A stretch of DNA of 64,000 bases. Origin: Yuukianura sp. NJ FZ-2021 (lineage: Eukaryota). The notes below the pieces were generated by a model, which was not told the DNA's origin, ran no database searches, and was given only the letters and a program-made list of their open reading frames with translations. Shown in pieces: positions 1-13,900 of this stretch (the stretch's first letter is position 1; each line of letters begins with the position of its first letter). The translations under genes and the position numbers were made by a program. The stretch covers positions 3,100,001-3,164,000 of the forward strand of contig CM102287.1 of assembly GCA_046563655.1 (NCBI GenBank), read 5' to 3'.

Positions 1-296
1 CTGTAGCGTTTTTTGGCGACATGACTAAATTTTTTCTTGGGTTCCATTAAAATGATTGATATGTTGAGAAAGTCGATACGAAAAATTATTTTTGAGTTGA
101 AAGCTTCTCAATGTCAAAGATTTAATTATGCAAGAAGCGTTTCGGTAAGTGCATTAGACTATAAGGGATTATGATGAAACGATGACAAGCAGACAAATGA
201 AACAAAATTTTCAGAATTTTGGAAAAATTTTTGCTCAAAATTTCAACATTTCAAATCCAACTCTTGAAATTTTTCTCCGAATTCAGTTTAAATCCT

Positions 297-1559
297 TTAA
301 TTACTTTTTCCTAACTTAAAATATTTATATGGTTTATACCCAAATAATTGGAAATCTCTTTTGTACTTAACATATAACTTTTTTATGTCGCTTAGCGTTA
401 GGTTATTAAAGTATTTGTTAACAATCCACCTCTGTCCGCTTCCAGTGCGATGTGACCAACCTAAATTTGGAGCGTCGATTCCCGCTGATTTGATTGGTCG
501 CTGAATTTGGTCTTGGAAGTGATCCAGCTTCACTACAAAGTCATACCGTGTTGCACATGGAGAACAAAGACGACTCATCGGCATCCAGTGCTCGTCAAAC
601 CTGTAACAAAATCAAGAAATTGACCTTTGACCTTTGACCTTTAAGAAATTGAACTTTGACATTAGATTTATTGCTCACCTTGAAATGGAAGTTTTTAGCA
701 AGTATGAAATGAATTCGGACCAAGTCGGAGCACGTGTCGAATTGAATTCTCGTGCTGGCAACATGAATTTTCCGTAATTTTCGTAGTAGTAGCCATTTCT
801 AAAATGAAAAGAAAAAAGTTTGACCTTTGACCCAGATTTCTTTTCTGCAAGTAAGAACTTTGACCTTTCATCCAGATTTCTCTTATGCAAGTAAAAATTT
901 TGACCTTTGACCTTGTTTTATTTTTGTACCTGAAGCGCATGTCACGCTCTTTGTCTTCCAACTTGTCTCTGTAGGCACTCACGAGTCGTTCGAAGGGGTC
1001 ACGTGACACCATGAACTTCGTTGTGGAGGTCAAAGTCAAAATGTTTAGTAAATTCTTCAAGGTCAACTTGGGATACTTCTCTCTCAGGATTTTGTGAACT
1101 TGAAAAGTAGAATTTGTGGAGTTGGTGGCGACAATGTCGCCATTTTCGTCTTCAGTGACGGCGACAACTCCAGCCAGACGCAGAAACAGTTTGGTCAAGG
1201 TCGTTGACCCCACTTTGGGCACTTTGCACCACAGAAGACCACGCCCACTGAAACTGTTGTTGTAGTGGTAGAAGTATGTTGGATTGATTCTAAAATTTCG
1301 AAATTTCAGCAAAATATAGATTATCCAAATTTTGAAATTTTGAAAATTTCGAGTTTTACCTCTCTCGAACTCTGTAGTTTTGGCAAAGTTTGAGCAAACG
1401 AGCACTGGAATTGTGGTACTGCTTTTGTGGAAAAAATTTAGAAATTTGTGAAATTTCTAAATTCTTGAAAATCAATTTATAGTTAAATCCAAGCAGAAAT
1501 CCAAGTCCAAACAACCAAAAAAGTACAAAGTACTTCATACTCCTTACAAAGTCCATCAC
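297..1559 (-). CDS. Carbohydrate sulfotransferase (Sulfotransfer_2 / CHST8-14-like), type II membrane protein; 4 exons: 1559-1360, 1289-930, 798-679, 600-297
   Basis: N-terminal TM (YFVLFWLFGLGFLLGF), 5'-PAPS motif WCKVPKVGSTT, 3'-PAPS motif SRDPFERLVSAYRDK, DEHWMP..LCSPC and C-terminal LYVKYKRDFQLFGY. GT-AG junctions join the ORF-track fragments in frame. Confidence 0.92.
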
Positions 1560-1859
1560 TACATGAATCTAACGGTTCAAAATTTCAAGAAAATTTCAAA
1601 ATTTGTAACTTTGTGTACTCAAAATTCGAAATTGCTCAATTAGCAACTAATTAACCCCGTTGCAAACTAACCTAAATGCCAACCAAATTTCAAAATTAGC
1701 TTTCAAATCCACTAAAAGTGAACAACAGTTAATTTTAAGTAGTCAATACCAAACTCATACTTAAATATACTTTAACTAAAGTTTATATATTATAATATAT
1801 TATATTATAATACCACATATTTCAATATGTTCATGATGTTGTTATCGGAACCTCCGGCT

Positions 1860-2798
1860 TCAATAAATTGTGGCCCGGTATGACGGAATATCTAAGGAAT
1901 AAAAGAAAAGCTGTAAATTTTTTTGCACAGATTCGTCAAAATTGTTCAGTTTTTGATAAATCTTTCGAAAATAGTTTGAAAATTTTCTGACACTGAAATT
2001 TTTTTGAAGTTACCTTGGATATTTTTTGGTTCCATTGCAATAGTAGTTCCAGGTAAAGAGGCCAATGTACTTTGTGATGAGAAAGTATACGGAGTTCGTA
2101 ATGCGTAATTTGGCAAATGTGAATCTGGGTCAGGATAGTTGAGCACCACAGGCTGATTTCTATACCGAGAAAAGCGTGGGAAAAATGACGCCCGTTGAAT
2201 CGCTCTTCCCACCATGCTTTCTAGAAAAATGAAAATTTGAAACCAAAATTTTGGAAAACCTTCAATTTTTGAAATTAAAATTTTGAAATTTCACCTTCTC
2301 TCCAATTGGTCAACTTGCGTCGCTTGCAGTGTTTCCAAGTGATGACCAGACAAACAATAAAGATGATCAGAAGCACAACGCTTCCGATGGAAATGAACAA
2401 AATGGCGGGAAATTCCAGGCCTTGGGCATTATCAGCTCTAAATAATATATAATTATTATAATGTAGAAACTAATTAATATATAAAATATAAAATGTAATA
2501 TATAAAGTGTACCCTCTTTGTGGTTGTCCTGGACGGAGAGTTGTGATTGGTCGAGAAGTTGTGGTCATGCGTGTAGGTTTTGTCGGAGATTCGGGATACG
2601 TCGGAGGCGGGGCTACGGAGTGGTGGTGGCTTCCATGATGGTAGTAATGGTAGTGGTAGGATTCAGTTTCTTCTATAGTCGTGCTAAAATTTTCAAAGAA
2701 ATGAACTTTTTTAAAAATTTTGATTTTTGATTCACCTTATTTCTGTTTTCAAAATACCTTTCCGTTTGCGTCGATTCCTTTGACGTATGCAGTCCCAT
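1860..2798 (-). CDS. Uncharacterised single-pass membrane protein, ~197 aa; exons 2798-2758, 2683-2513, 2437-2295, 2220-2014, 1891-1860
   Basis: Five GT-AG exons are phase-compatible (594 nt). The product has a His/Tyr-rich then Thr/Pro-rich N-terminus, TM AILFISIGSVVLLIIFIVCLVITW, basic stop-transfer KHCKRRK and a tail with LPNY and IPSY. The first exon is least certain. Confidence 0.6.
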
Positions 2799-4971
2799 TT
2801 GTCAAATGTTCAAAATTTGCAACAATCTTCTGAAAAAACGTCAAAACAGAAAACTTGCGTTTCTTCAGTTTCGTAAAGCAAGAAAAGAAACAAAAAGTTC
2901 GAAAATTTCCAAGTGTTGATAATTTTTGAAAAATTTTCCTCGTTATGATGATTCACTTTTACTTCCTTTTGTTTGCTGCCTACAAAATACGACTCTAAAA
3001 ACAAAAATTTTGAACCCAAAGTTATTTATTTGAGTGGGATTTGGGAAAAACCGCGAATTCATGGCGTCAGTTCCGGTTTTAGTCTGAATCACACCAAATT
3101 TGCAAATAAAAGTTCACGCAGTATGTCATGGTCAACCAAAAATCAGAGTATTAGTCCACGTTTCCAAATTCTAAAAAAAATGTCATTCAAATTTTTTCAA
3201 AACTTACCACAATTGTGTCAAAACATCCGCTAAAAATTTAAGACCCGATGAAATTTGGTGTGAAAAATTGACGAAAATTAGAATTTCGTCAATCAAATTG
3301 ATCGACGAAAACCTAAAATTAGGTTTTACTTTGTTCCAAATCGTTTTAGATTAGGTTAATCACGTTAGGCTAATAGTTTCAGAATGTCATTAGGTTAGTT
3401 AGGTTAGTCACGGAAGACCACGCCCATTTTCGTGTCATTTTCTATCATAACTATTTGAATCTTCTAAGAAAATTGAAGGAATCTTGGTTCCACTTTCTAT
3501 GGAAATGCAAAGCGGAAGTCAAAATTAATGGAAAAGTTATCAACTTTCCGGAAGCTTTCTGCGTCGTATCTCCAAAAAGCTTCCTTTTCTAATTTTTTTT
3601 TTCAAAAACTGCTTTTACCACCTTCTTTGCATTTTTTTTTGAAAAAGAAAAAGCTTTTGTCGCTTCATTCTCAAAATCTGAATGCCCTGGCACGTCTTGT
3701 GACTCAAATCAAAATTTTTATGGGGACATGATTCTGATGAATTTTTTAAAACAATGGAAGAATAGGATCATAACATAACCTAATCTTGTGCTTACCACAG
3801 CGCAAATTTTCAAAATTTCAGTGCTACTGAAGATCAAAATTTTGAACATTTTATAGATGCAATGCTCATACAAATCAAAAAACCTTTAGCTACCATATGT
3901 AAATCTCTCGAGATTTTTGAATTTTAAGCTGCTCTTCTTTTCAAAAAAAAAAAGTTTTCAAAAAATTCGCAAAAAGTTCATTATTTTTCAATTACTTCCA
4001 GGTCAGTGACCTTTGAGCTTTCTCTAGCAAATGAATTTGGCTTACTTTGAAGCAAAAGCGGCTTCAACTTTCAGTTTTCATCAACTTTTTGGAGAAAGTT
4101 GATGAAATTTTATAAAAACTACGAAACAAGCAAAAATTTATGAACGACATGAGTCAAGCCTGTTCCAGATCATGTTTTTGCGTGGACCAAAAAAATGATG
4201 AGACGCACAATTTTTTTTTTGGTTTTAGTTAGGTTTCTCTTTCTTCTTCTTGTTCCTTGACAGTTATTGTCCATTTCTCCCGGGTTTTACGGACGATGGG
4301 AACAATTTGTTCAGAGTTGGAGCAAAGATCCAAAGTTTGTTACATAATAAATGCCTTCTGGACATTTGCTCCAGTTAAACGCACAAAGTCAATTACAGAG
4401 CACAAAGTTCTTGTTCATGAGATGACAACTTACAGCCTCCTCAATCAAACTTAGAAGAAAGTAGGAACAAATGAAAAGAATAACTTTTTTATTTACCAAC
4501 TTTCTCTTTCGTTCCAAAAAAAAACTTTTGAATTTGGAGACATTTTTGGGAGTGCGGCTGACACAGACGCGTGCTTTCATAAATTCAAAATGCGTTAAAA
4601 GTTTTTTTTAGGTTTCTGTTTTCTATAAAGAATACACTGCTGCTTAGTTCCGCTGTGCGGAGCATTTCTGCCATTTTTGTCCAAGAGTGGCCGAAACTAT
4701 ATTCGTCCGGCCAGCAGTTTCTGCCGGTCAACGATTTACGGTCAAAATTTCAATTTCTCCCCACATTTTTTCATGATTCAAACTGTTTTTGTATTTCAAA
4801 ATTCTTGTGTTGGTCATTTTTGTTGTAGAAGATATGAGTCACTTTCGCTGTTTTCAATCAGCTGTTTTCCATACATCGAGAATTTCTTTGCAGTTTTTCG
4901 TTAAAACTCTTCAGAATATTTTTCATCACGTGTAGTCCTTCTTGAAAACTCTTTTTGAAACTTTAGAAGTA

Positions 4972-7900
4972 TCACCACCACTGGCAAAATCCAGTTATTC
5001 CTGCATCAGACATGACACTAATGGCGGCAATTGCAGAAATCAGGAAGTTGGAGATGTGGAGACCCCAGGGAGGCCGTGAGTGACTGCCACCGCTGTGCTG
5101 CATGGCAGCAGGAACTTCTCCTGAAATTCAAATTCAAAACTTCAGGAGAGAAAGTAAAGAGAGTTTGAAAATATTGCCTTTCACTTTATCACAACTCTCA
5201 ACTCCGGTTGAAAGTCAAAGTGGCTGAAACTGGCTGAAATCAAAAGTGGTCAAATACTGCTGCAACAAAGTGGCTGAAACCAAAAGTGGTCAAAACCGGC
5301 CGAAACACAAAGTGGATATAAAGTCTAAAGAGATCTAAAGTCTTAAGTTATCAGAGGAAATGGGCCATTTACTATTTGAATTTCTTGGGATTCAGCATAA
5401 TGAAAATGATCATATTGCCAACTGGCAACTTCCGCAACACTAAATCCTCTCCAACAATAATTCAAGTGCTGCTGGAACTCTATTTCACAGAAAAAAAAAG
5501 TCTCAAGCTTCGGAAAATCTGGGAAATTTCAAATTTACTGGAACAATACTCCTTGCACACATGAATTACACTTTTTTCTTAGTAAAGAAAGCGAGGAAAA
5601 GTAGCATTTTATTTGCAAAACACAAAAAATGTGCAACTAAATCCTCATTTTTACTCCATTCCGAAATCCACTTTCGGCAAAAACGAAAAAAAGGCTTGAA
5701 TTAAACAAACATAAACAACAGCGACAGTTGGAGAAAAAAAAAACAGGAAAAAATGGGACCATAAACAATGAAAATGGCGACAGGACAAAAAACACCACTT
5801 AATACAAAGTTCAAACAAAGATATCAAAATTTTGAAAAAAAACTAAACTTTTTGAAAACTATTTCGAAATTTCTTACCGTTGATAACATGAACGTAGACG
5901 ACATTCTGAGTTAAATTTCCGAGAGAACAGACGTATGGACCAGAATCGTTTTTCTTTGCATTCGCAATGGCTAAAACGCTCACAACTCGTTCCTTGTAGG
6001 TAGTCGTTTTCACACTAAAAAGTAAACAACAAAAGTCAAAACGTGAAATTCCGCACCGAGGGCGCGTTATTTTCGCACAGAAGGCGCGAATAAAAATGGG
6101 AATCGTAACATGTCAATATCCTTTCGATGCACCGTCGCGAGGAAACAAAGAAAGTAGAACGTGTTATAGTAATGGTGGAGCTGTGAAATCGTGCTGACAC
6201 AAACAAAAAGAGAAAGTTGCAGCAGATCAAAAGATCTTCATGCGATTTCCTCTTATATTATTATTCTTGACAATACAATCAATTCAAAACTAATCAAAAT
6301 GTGATCTCTGAAGATGAAAAAAGAAAAGGATGCAGGAAGATGAATAAGTGAAAGCACGCAAGGATGGAGAACTATGCGAGTATTGTGACAAAATAGAATT
6401 CTCGCTCCAAAAGAGCGAATTTTTCTAGACTCCTCATCTTTTCATAAAAAACGGAAAAGAATGCTTTCTCTTTTTTTCCGAACAAGAATGTTTGGGAAAA
6501 AAAATTCTTAGCGTTTCTCCCACTTTCTGCAACGAGTGATGCACAGTTTCAGCCATCCTAGTTTCATCCACTTCCATAGTTTATGCAATATATCTGCAGT
6601 TGTCCATGTTTTTAAAACATTATATTTTTTCCACTTCTTGCCATACACTTCGCGTTTCTCCCACTTTTATCCAAGTTTGGCCTACTTTTCCGGTCTCTGC
6701 CACTTTTGTCCACTTTTCGCCATACGTGTCAAGTTTCTCCTACTTTTGTCCACTTTTTGCATATTGTTCATGTTTCTCCCACTTTTGTCCATCTTTGGCA
6801 TGCTTTTCCAGTTTCTCCCACTTTCGTCCACTTTTCACCATACAGTTTGTTTTTAGTTTCTGCCAAACTTTTCTCTGATGCATTACTGCCACTTTCTCTG
6901 TCATTGCTCACAATTTTTTTCTCTTCTGAATATTTTCTACGCATTCTAGCGGAAGAACCTCTATTTTTTTTCCAAAAAGGAATCTTTCCTTCCACATATT
7001 GGAAACTGAATATGGAATCAAGGCGGAAAGCAGGAATCGGAATATTTATGCCAGAAAGCGGGAGAAAGCTTGTCTCACTTTCCCCGTTTTAAATCTCTCC
7101 ATAAATTATGGATGTGAAGGAAGAAAGTGTATTAGCTACTCCCCTTTTGTGGGTTTCGGGAGAAATATACTTGACGTAATAGTGGCACTTTCTGACAAGG
7201 AAAACTAGGCATTTCGATGTTTAGAATTGCAGAAAAAGCGCCGGAGAATTCTTCTTTTTTAAAAAAAGGCACCATTTTCTCTGTTTTCATGTTCAAACAA
7301 AGTTAACTTTTGCCAATAAACAATTCTAAACAACGACACACCACAAAAAACACAAAAGTTTCACCTGAACGCGTACTGGCGGTATTTAAAATTATACAAA
7401 AAGCGAGCCAAAAACATTTCGTTTTAAAGATCCCGCTATTCCTTTGATGCGAACTTTGAACTTTTACAAAGTCTTACTTTTTAAAACACTCATCAAAGTG
7501 AGCTCAACTGTAAAAAAAATTATCTCTGTTTTTCCGCTGTTTTTAAAAAGTGAGTTACGTTTTGACCTGCTTTTGTTGTTTTGTTTAAAAAAACTTTGTC
7601 CAAGCGTAGTTCTTTTTAGGTGTTTTTTAAATTGAGTCTCCTTTCGCGCTCAGAAGGCGGAAATAAAGTCCTGATTATTTAGTATTCATGTAATTTCTTT
7701 AGAAAAGTGGCGCGCTTTAAACTTTGCGTTCTTTGCTTTTTACGCTCCTTCCGCGCGTTCAAGAATTAACATAATTCCAAAGGAGAAAGCCTCTGACAGT
7801 CCGGGGAAAGTAATCCGACGCTAACCGCTGCTACGTGCCGTCATTAAACTCAAAAAGTCGTTTTTGAACAATTTTGAAAAGAAAATTTTAAAAGTAAAGT

Positions 7901-10900
7901 TTTAAACTTGGCGTTGTTTGAAGTGTGATCTTCATTAAGTTAATTCAAGTCATAAAACTTAAAGAACTACGTGACCTTTGACCTCAAATTAAGAAAAACT
8001 TCATTGGTGAACCACAAAACTTGAACAACTTTGTACGTTTTTTGAAAAATCCCAAAATTTTACCAACGTTTAAAAATTTTCAAACTAATCCCGCCAAAAT
8101 CTTAGTTTCTGAGATGATTTACGCCCAAGTTTTTAACATGTCAAAGGCTAGGTTATTTCAGAACATTTATTTTTAGGCGCGTAACAATTTTGGAACAGAA
8201 AAAGTTCGGATGCGCTCCATGAATCAAAATGTGGCACTTTATTTTAAATGACAGCATTTGTATTTTGGTGTGTTTTTTTTTAGTTTTTAGTGACCAACTT
8301 TTCAATAATGGATGATTACTATAAGGAATAAAGGAGGGACTTTATGGGCGGGAATGTTCAAAACATAAAAGGCCAAGAAAAGCTATAAAACTGCCTCCAC
8401 TCCTCTCCTGATCATAAATGACTTCCAAATTGCTTTCCCGACGCTCCAAAACAGCGCTGCAGCGCTATTTTCAAAATTTCAGCGATTCGAGAAAACGGTT
8501 CTCGCCTGGACTCATTTTCTTTTGTATCAAAATCAATACCAATTTCAAAGTTTTTTGAAGCGTAAACTAAATCACACTATTCAACAGTAATGAGATTAGT
8601 GAAAAAAAAGTGAAGTTTTTCACGAAACTTTTTTTTTGGAAAAAAAAAAGGGAAAGTAAATCCTTTACAAGCCAGATTTTCTTAAAACAGGTTGTTCACG
8701 GGGCTTTCACCTCTTCAAATTTGTTAGTATGCTAAGCTCCAAACTTTTTCAAAATTTTAAACCAAGCCTGACACAATTTTTTCGAAATTTGAAATTTGAA
8801 AACCGCTTTTCCCTGCCAGTGCATAGTGGTTCGTAAGATAAGTGCAGACTTTGGTTCAAGCACCAATGAAAAACCGCTTTCTCCTTGAATTTTAATCGAC
8901 ACTTTTCTACTTCACTGCTCATTCTTCCACGTACATTGCTGTTCACTTTTTATAAAAAAAAAAGTACAGCATGATTCAAAATTTTCCAGTTTTTGAAAAA
9001 ATATTCAAAAATTTCATCAAAAATTAACTTTTTTGAAAGATCATATGCATTACTCTATGTAACTTTTTAAATTCTCAAGTTTGATGAAAATCTAAAAGTA
9101 ACTCTGAAAACTTTAGAAAATTACGAAACATTTTGAAAAGTTAATCAGCACTGAGGAAGGGAAGTTTCAAATTATGAAAAGAGTGATATGTCATGGACAG
9201 TAAATTAAGATGAAAGCAAAGTTAATTAGTTGATTGACTAAAGTTAATTAGCAATAATTATCACTTTCCTTTGATCTCTGAGCTCCAGCCCAATTAGATC
9301 CTAAACAGCATAACTTTCAATAGCAGCAATGAAAAACTTGTTCTAAACAACTCACTTGTGCTTAATATTTAAAAACTGCCACTTTTACTTAGTTTAGAAA
9401 TTAAAATACATACTTCAATCTTTTGAAATATGAAAATGAAAATCTAGTTTTGAAAAAAGGAAAAGTTATAAAAATAGACGCGAGGGATTCTACAAGAGCT
9501 TTAAAATGTCTATTTTTAAACTATTTACTTTCAACTCCTTCCGGTTTCTGTTTGAGAATAAGCGTTTTTTTTTTAGATTATTTGAAGTTAAGCGGTTGGC
9601 AATTTTTAAAAATAGACTTAGAAAGGGCGTTGATTTGAACAAATTTGGACAAAGTGATTGGACCATGTGAAACCTAAATGCAAATTTATGGACGGAATTT
9701 GTTAGGCTTCAGCAAGCCTAACAAATTTGGGAAAAGCGGAAGAGAAAGTGGAGAAAGTAATGGACCGAACAGAAGAAAAAGTGGAGGGACCAACTACTGA
9801 AAAATTCAACAAACAATCAATTCAAACACAGCAAATTGCACTCCTCTCACACTCAAACGGAGACACTATATGTCCAGTGTCACTTTTTCAAAAGTTCAAA
9901 TTTTTTAAAAGATTCTAACTCCAGTTTCCCAAAATTTCAAAATTCCTCACACGATAGAATGAATCTTGAGAAATTTTGAAATTGACAAACTCTTAAATTC
10001 AAAACTTTTTTTCTCATTTTTTTTGTGTGTAATTTCACTCTCAAGATCGCTCTGGTACACAGGGATGGGTAGGGATCCATTCCAAAGCGGTTTGGAATTA
10101 GTTGTAATTAAAAGTAATTAAGTAATTACAATTAATTCAGTAATTACAATTAATTAAGTAATTACAATTAAAGTGTTCTCACCTGATGCCACCTCTGGAA
10201 GTGTCAAAATTGAGTGTCTTGTTCCCTTGTTTCCATAAAATTGTATAAATAATTGGGAAGTGAGTGATGATACATCGCAGCTCAAGTGTAGATCCTGCGT
10301 TGTAGAACTTGTCTGTGATCGGTTTTCCCAAATCATCAACAATTGAAATTTTCGGTACTGAAATTTCAAAAAATTCAAAATTTTATTTTCATTTTTTGAG
10401 CTTTTCAAACCCGCACTCTCCTTCTACCATTTCTGCGATTTTCAACCTTGAAAAAGAAAGTACGAAAACAACAAAAGTTTTACTGTTTTCCTTTTTCTGG
10501 ATTTTTGTGAAACACTTTTCACGTTTTTTAAAGCTTTTTCCTTTCTAAAAATTCAAGTTTCAAGTTTCTAGTGCATTTTTCAAGTGTTCTAGTATAGTTT
10601 CAAGTGCTCCAGTTTCTAGCCCATACTTTTTATTATCTTCCACCTCTGGAAAAAAAATGTAGACAAAAAGCGCGGGAATTTGTGAGAAAAGCTGGAAATA
10701 AGTCGAAATAACTCCGAAGCAATTTCTCCGCTTTCTCCTTCTCTTAAGCCTAACCTTAGTAAAATGTAGTCGGGGAGGCGGGAAGTCACTAAAGTATTAG
10801 TCAACCTACTCCAAAAACCTAACTTTAGCCTAACCATAACCTAACATTAGCCTAACCATAACCTAACGTTAGCCTAACTTCCTCCTAGACCACTTTGGTT

Positions 10901-13900
10901 CTAAAAAATACGTTCGTCTGGCTTTGACTTATAAATCTACTTTCTCTTTCCAGAATTATTGTGGACCTCATTTATCTTGGGAGCTTTAAAAAACTTCCGC
11001 GCCACCACAGTCTCCCATTAAACCTGTCTTCAAAAAATCCCACCCTGGTTGCCCCACTTTCTTTTTCAAAATGCCCCACCTTGGGAAGTGTCCCACCTTG
11101 TATGATTTAGTGGCCCCACCAGCCACAACTTAACTTTTTGAATAAAGTTAGGTGGGTCCATGGTGGGAAAAGACAAAGTGGAGATTTGGGACCCACCGCT
11201 TTCTCCAGCACTAATCTCCCGTAGATCATAATCATCTTCTGCTTAAATGTCTCTCCCAAATGACTATTTAGAACATCAATTCTAATAATCTTTTAGGCGA
11301 CTAACATCTAGACGGTCTATAAAGCCTAACATAGAAGTGTCTATAAAGCCTAAATCTAGCGACTATAACTTATAGTCTATGACTTAACTGCTGACTAGTA
11401 AAAGACTAACGACCTTAGGCGGGTGTCAGACGGAAAAAGATATGTTAGACTCAAGTCAAAATTATTTTTAATTGAAATTGGTCTGCAAAGCGGAAACAGT
11501 TTGAGAAAAGTCGCAACAATTTTGCTGCACTGCGTGGTGAAAGCACATCCATCTTCATTTTTTTGACAGATTTAAAAAAAAAACAGGGTTTTCAAAATTT
11601 TGAAAAACAGGTCAATCTTTTTCCGAAACTTTTGTTATGTGCAACTCTTCGTTGAAAACTTCAAAAATTTCCAAAACTTCAATTTTTTTGATTTTGGAGA
11701 AAGTAGAAAGTTTGAGCGTCTCCTGGCAAAATTTTACACAAAATGGAGCAACTTTGTGCAAAAAACGTACGTACCAAGTTCGAAACTTTTTTTTTGACTT
11801 TTTTTTTGAAATGCTCTGTACTTTTTTTTTTTTTTCGTTTTTCCCCCTGTAAATCATGTGACTCTCGAGGGATTGTGAAGAGACAGTGCAAGTGCCCGAC
11901 TTTACTTGATTGGTTTGGAGGTCAAAGGTTGACAAGCCCATTGAATGTGATTTGGACCAACATTTTTCTGTTGGAGACAGAGACAAACAAACCAGATTTT
12001 CATTAAGTGACAACCGCCACTTTTTAAACAAAAGCCAGCCGAAAGCGTCTTCCTTTCAAGCCTTTCTCCTGCTTTCACCCGGTTTTGTTTTAGTATTCAG
12101 TCGGTATAACTTGGAGGAGAGCCCTTCACCAAGGGTATACAAGAGCCCTTAATTTATCCCACGCTGCTCAAGGGCCCACGCGCACACTAAAACTCACCAA
12201 TAACACTAAGCGTGACTTGAAGGACAATCGGCGGATGAGAAGAGACCTGCAAAGCATACAATCAACCTCATAATCTGTCTTACTCATGTTTTCAAACAAA
12301 AACAAGATTTTCATAATTTTAAATTTCAATGTGAAAAGTGCAAAGTTGACCTTTGACCTTTCTGCTTACTTGACATTGGTAGAGCCCCTCGTGATCCACT
12401 TTATTCACGTACTTGATTCTTAACTTCCAGTCATTCGGCTGCTCAAAGTTGATACTCAGCCGCTCATCTCCTGAATATGTAGTGAGTCCTGCAAAAATCA
12501 AAATTTCAAATTTTGAAACCAAGATAAAAAATTTTTAGAAAAAAAAACAGAAATCTGAGAACAACATTTGAATTTATGGTTTTACGAAACGTATTCAAAG
12601 ACGCAAAAACTGTGAATTCTTTCACAAAATTTTGGCAATTCGAAACCTGAAATTTTTTTTCTGGCGTTTTTCACCTGGAAAGCTTCCTTTTTCATTTCAA
12701 GTGTACTTTTTTTTTTTTTTCCGTTTTTTCTCAAATTGCCTGTGTTATGTCCTGTATGACTTGACGTGACAAGTTAAACTTGTCAGATGTCAATCTTTTG
12801 GACAATAGACTTGAATTATTTTGGTGTTCAGGCAGGAATTCCTTTTTGTTCTTGGACTTCTCCACTGAATTCAGGAAAAAACCAAAAAAATGGAAAGGAA
12901 AAGGAAAAATAACAAAGAAAAACGTGAAATGGAAGTCTGTGTGACAGTGACATTGGATTGCATGGTCGGAGGGAACGCACGAACTGATTTCCCTGTGTCA
13001 GCAATATTCCTGATTCCACTTTTGTTCTATGCACGAATTCACTCGTAACACTTTATAGTTTCACAAAAAGTCAAATTCGAAATTTCAAAATTTTCAAAAT
13101 TTTGGCAATTTCAAGTAACAACTTAACTCAAAACCCTTAGCACAACAACTCAAGTCCAAAAAATAAAAAGTCGTTTGCAAAATTTCAACAAATTTTCCGC
13201 AAAGAAGCAAATGTGAACTGAAAGTTGCGATTCTTTTTCACAAGCTTTGAGTCTTAAACCGTACTTTTCGAAATTTCAGTTTTCAAAAAAGTATGAACTT
13301 TTGAAATTTTTTTGTTAAGAAAAAGCAGAGGGAGTAACTATTTTGAAACCTTAACGCAGCATAGAAGTGGGTGAAGTGAGTGAAAGTGTTACGCTGAAAA
13401 ATATTTGGCGGAACAAGTGAGATGGATTTCCTTTTTTATTTGTTTTTCTCCATCTCTATTTTCTCTTTTTTCCATTTCTTTTTTTTCTACTGCCATTTTT
13501 TCGCCAAAATTTCGCTACAAAAATACAAAAAGCCATAAAATCCATGTGCGATTCTTTGCTTTCTTTTTGGCTTTCTCGTTTCGTAACTTCACACGTAAGG
13601 CACCGATTTCCTTTCTACTTTTATCAAAAAAGTTACAACACAAAAACAAAATTAGTTTCTGGGCATCTTCAACAGCTTTTTCTTTTCATAAAAAGTAAAA
13701 AATGAAAAAAAAAGTAGAGTCAAGTGGGATATTATGTGAAGAAAGGAGAAAAGGCAGTTGGGAGAAGGTGGTTAGGTGGTAAGGTGGTTAAGTAAAGGAG
13801 CAATTTAAGTGGATCTGAGAAGGTAGAGTAATAAGGATTCCTTTTCAGTCGACTTCTTTCTGAAGAGATTCAACCAAAATCAACAATCCACTTTCAACTG

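Noticed and set aside
2736..3019. Apparent in-frame TGA (CCKF*TFDKWDC) suggesting selenocysteine or readthrough
   Set aside because: An ATG at 2798 with the donor at 2757 gives a clean in-frame model with no recoding.
6536..7092. Overlapping 75-128-aa ORFs
   Set aside because: They arise from a minisatellite in a dpr intron.
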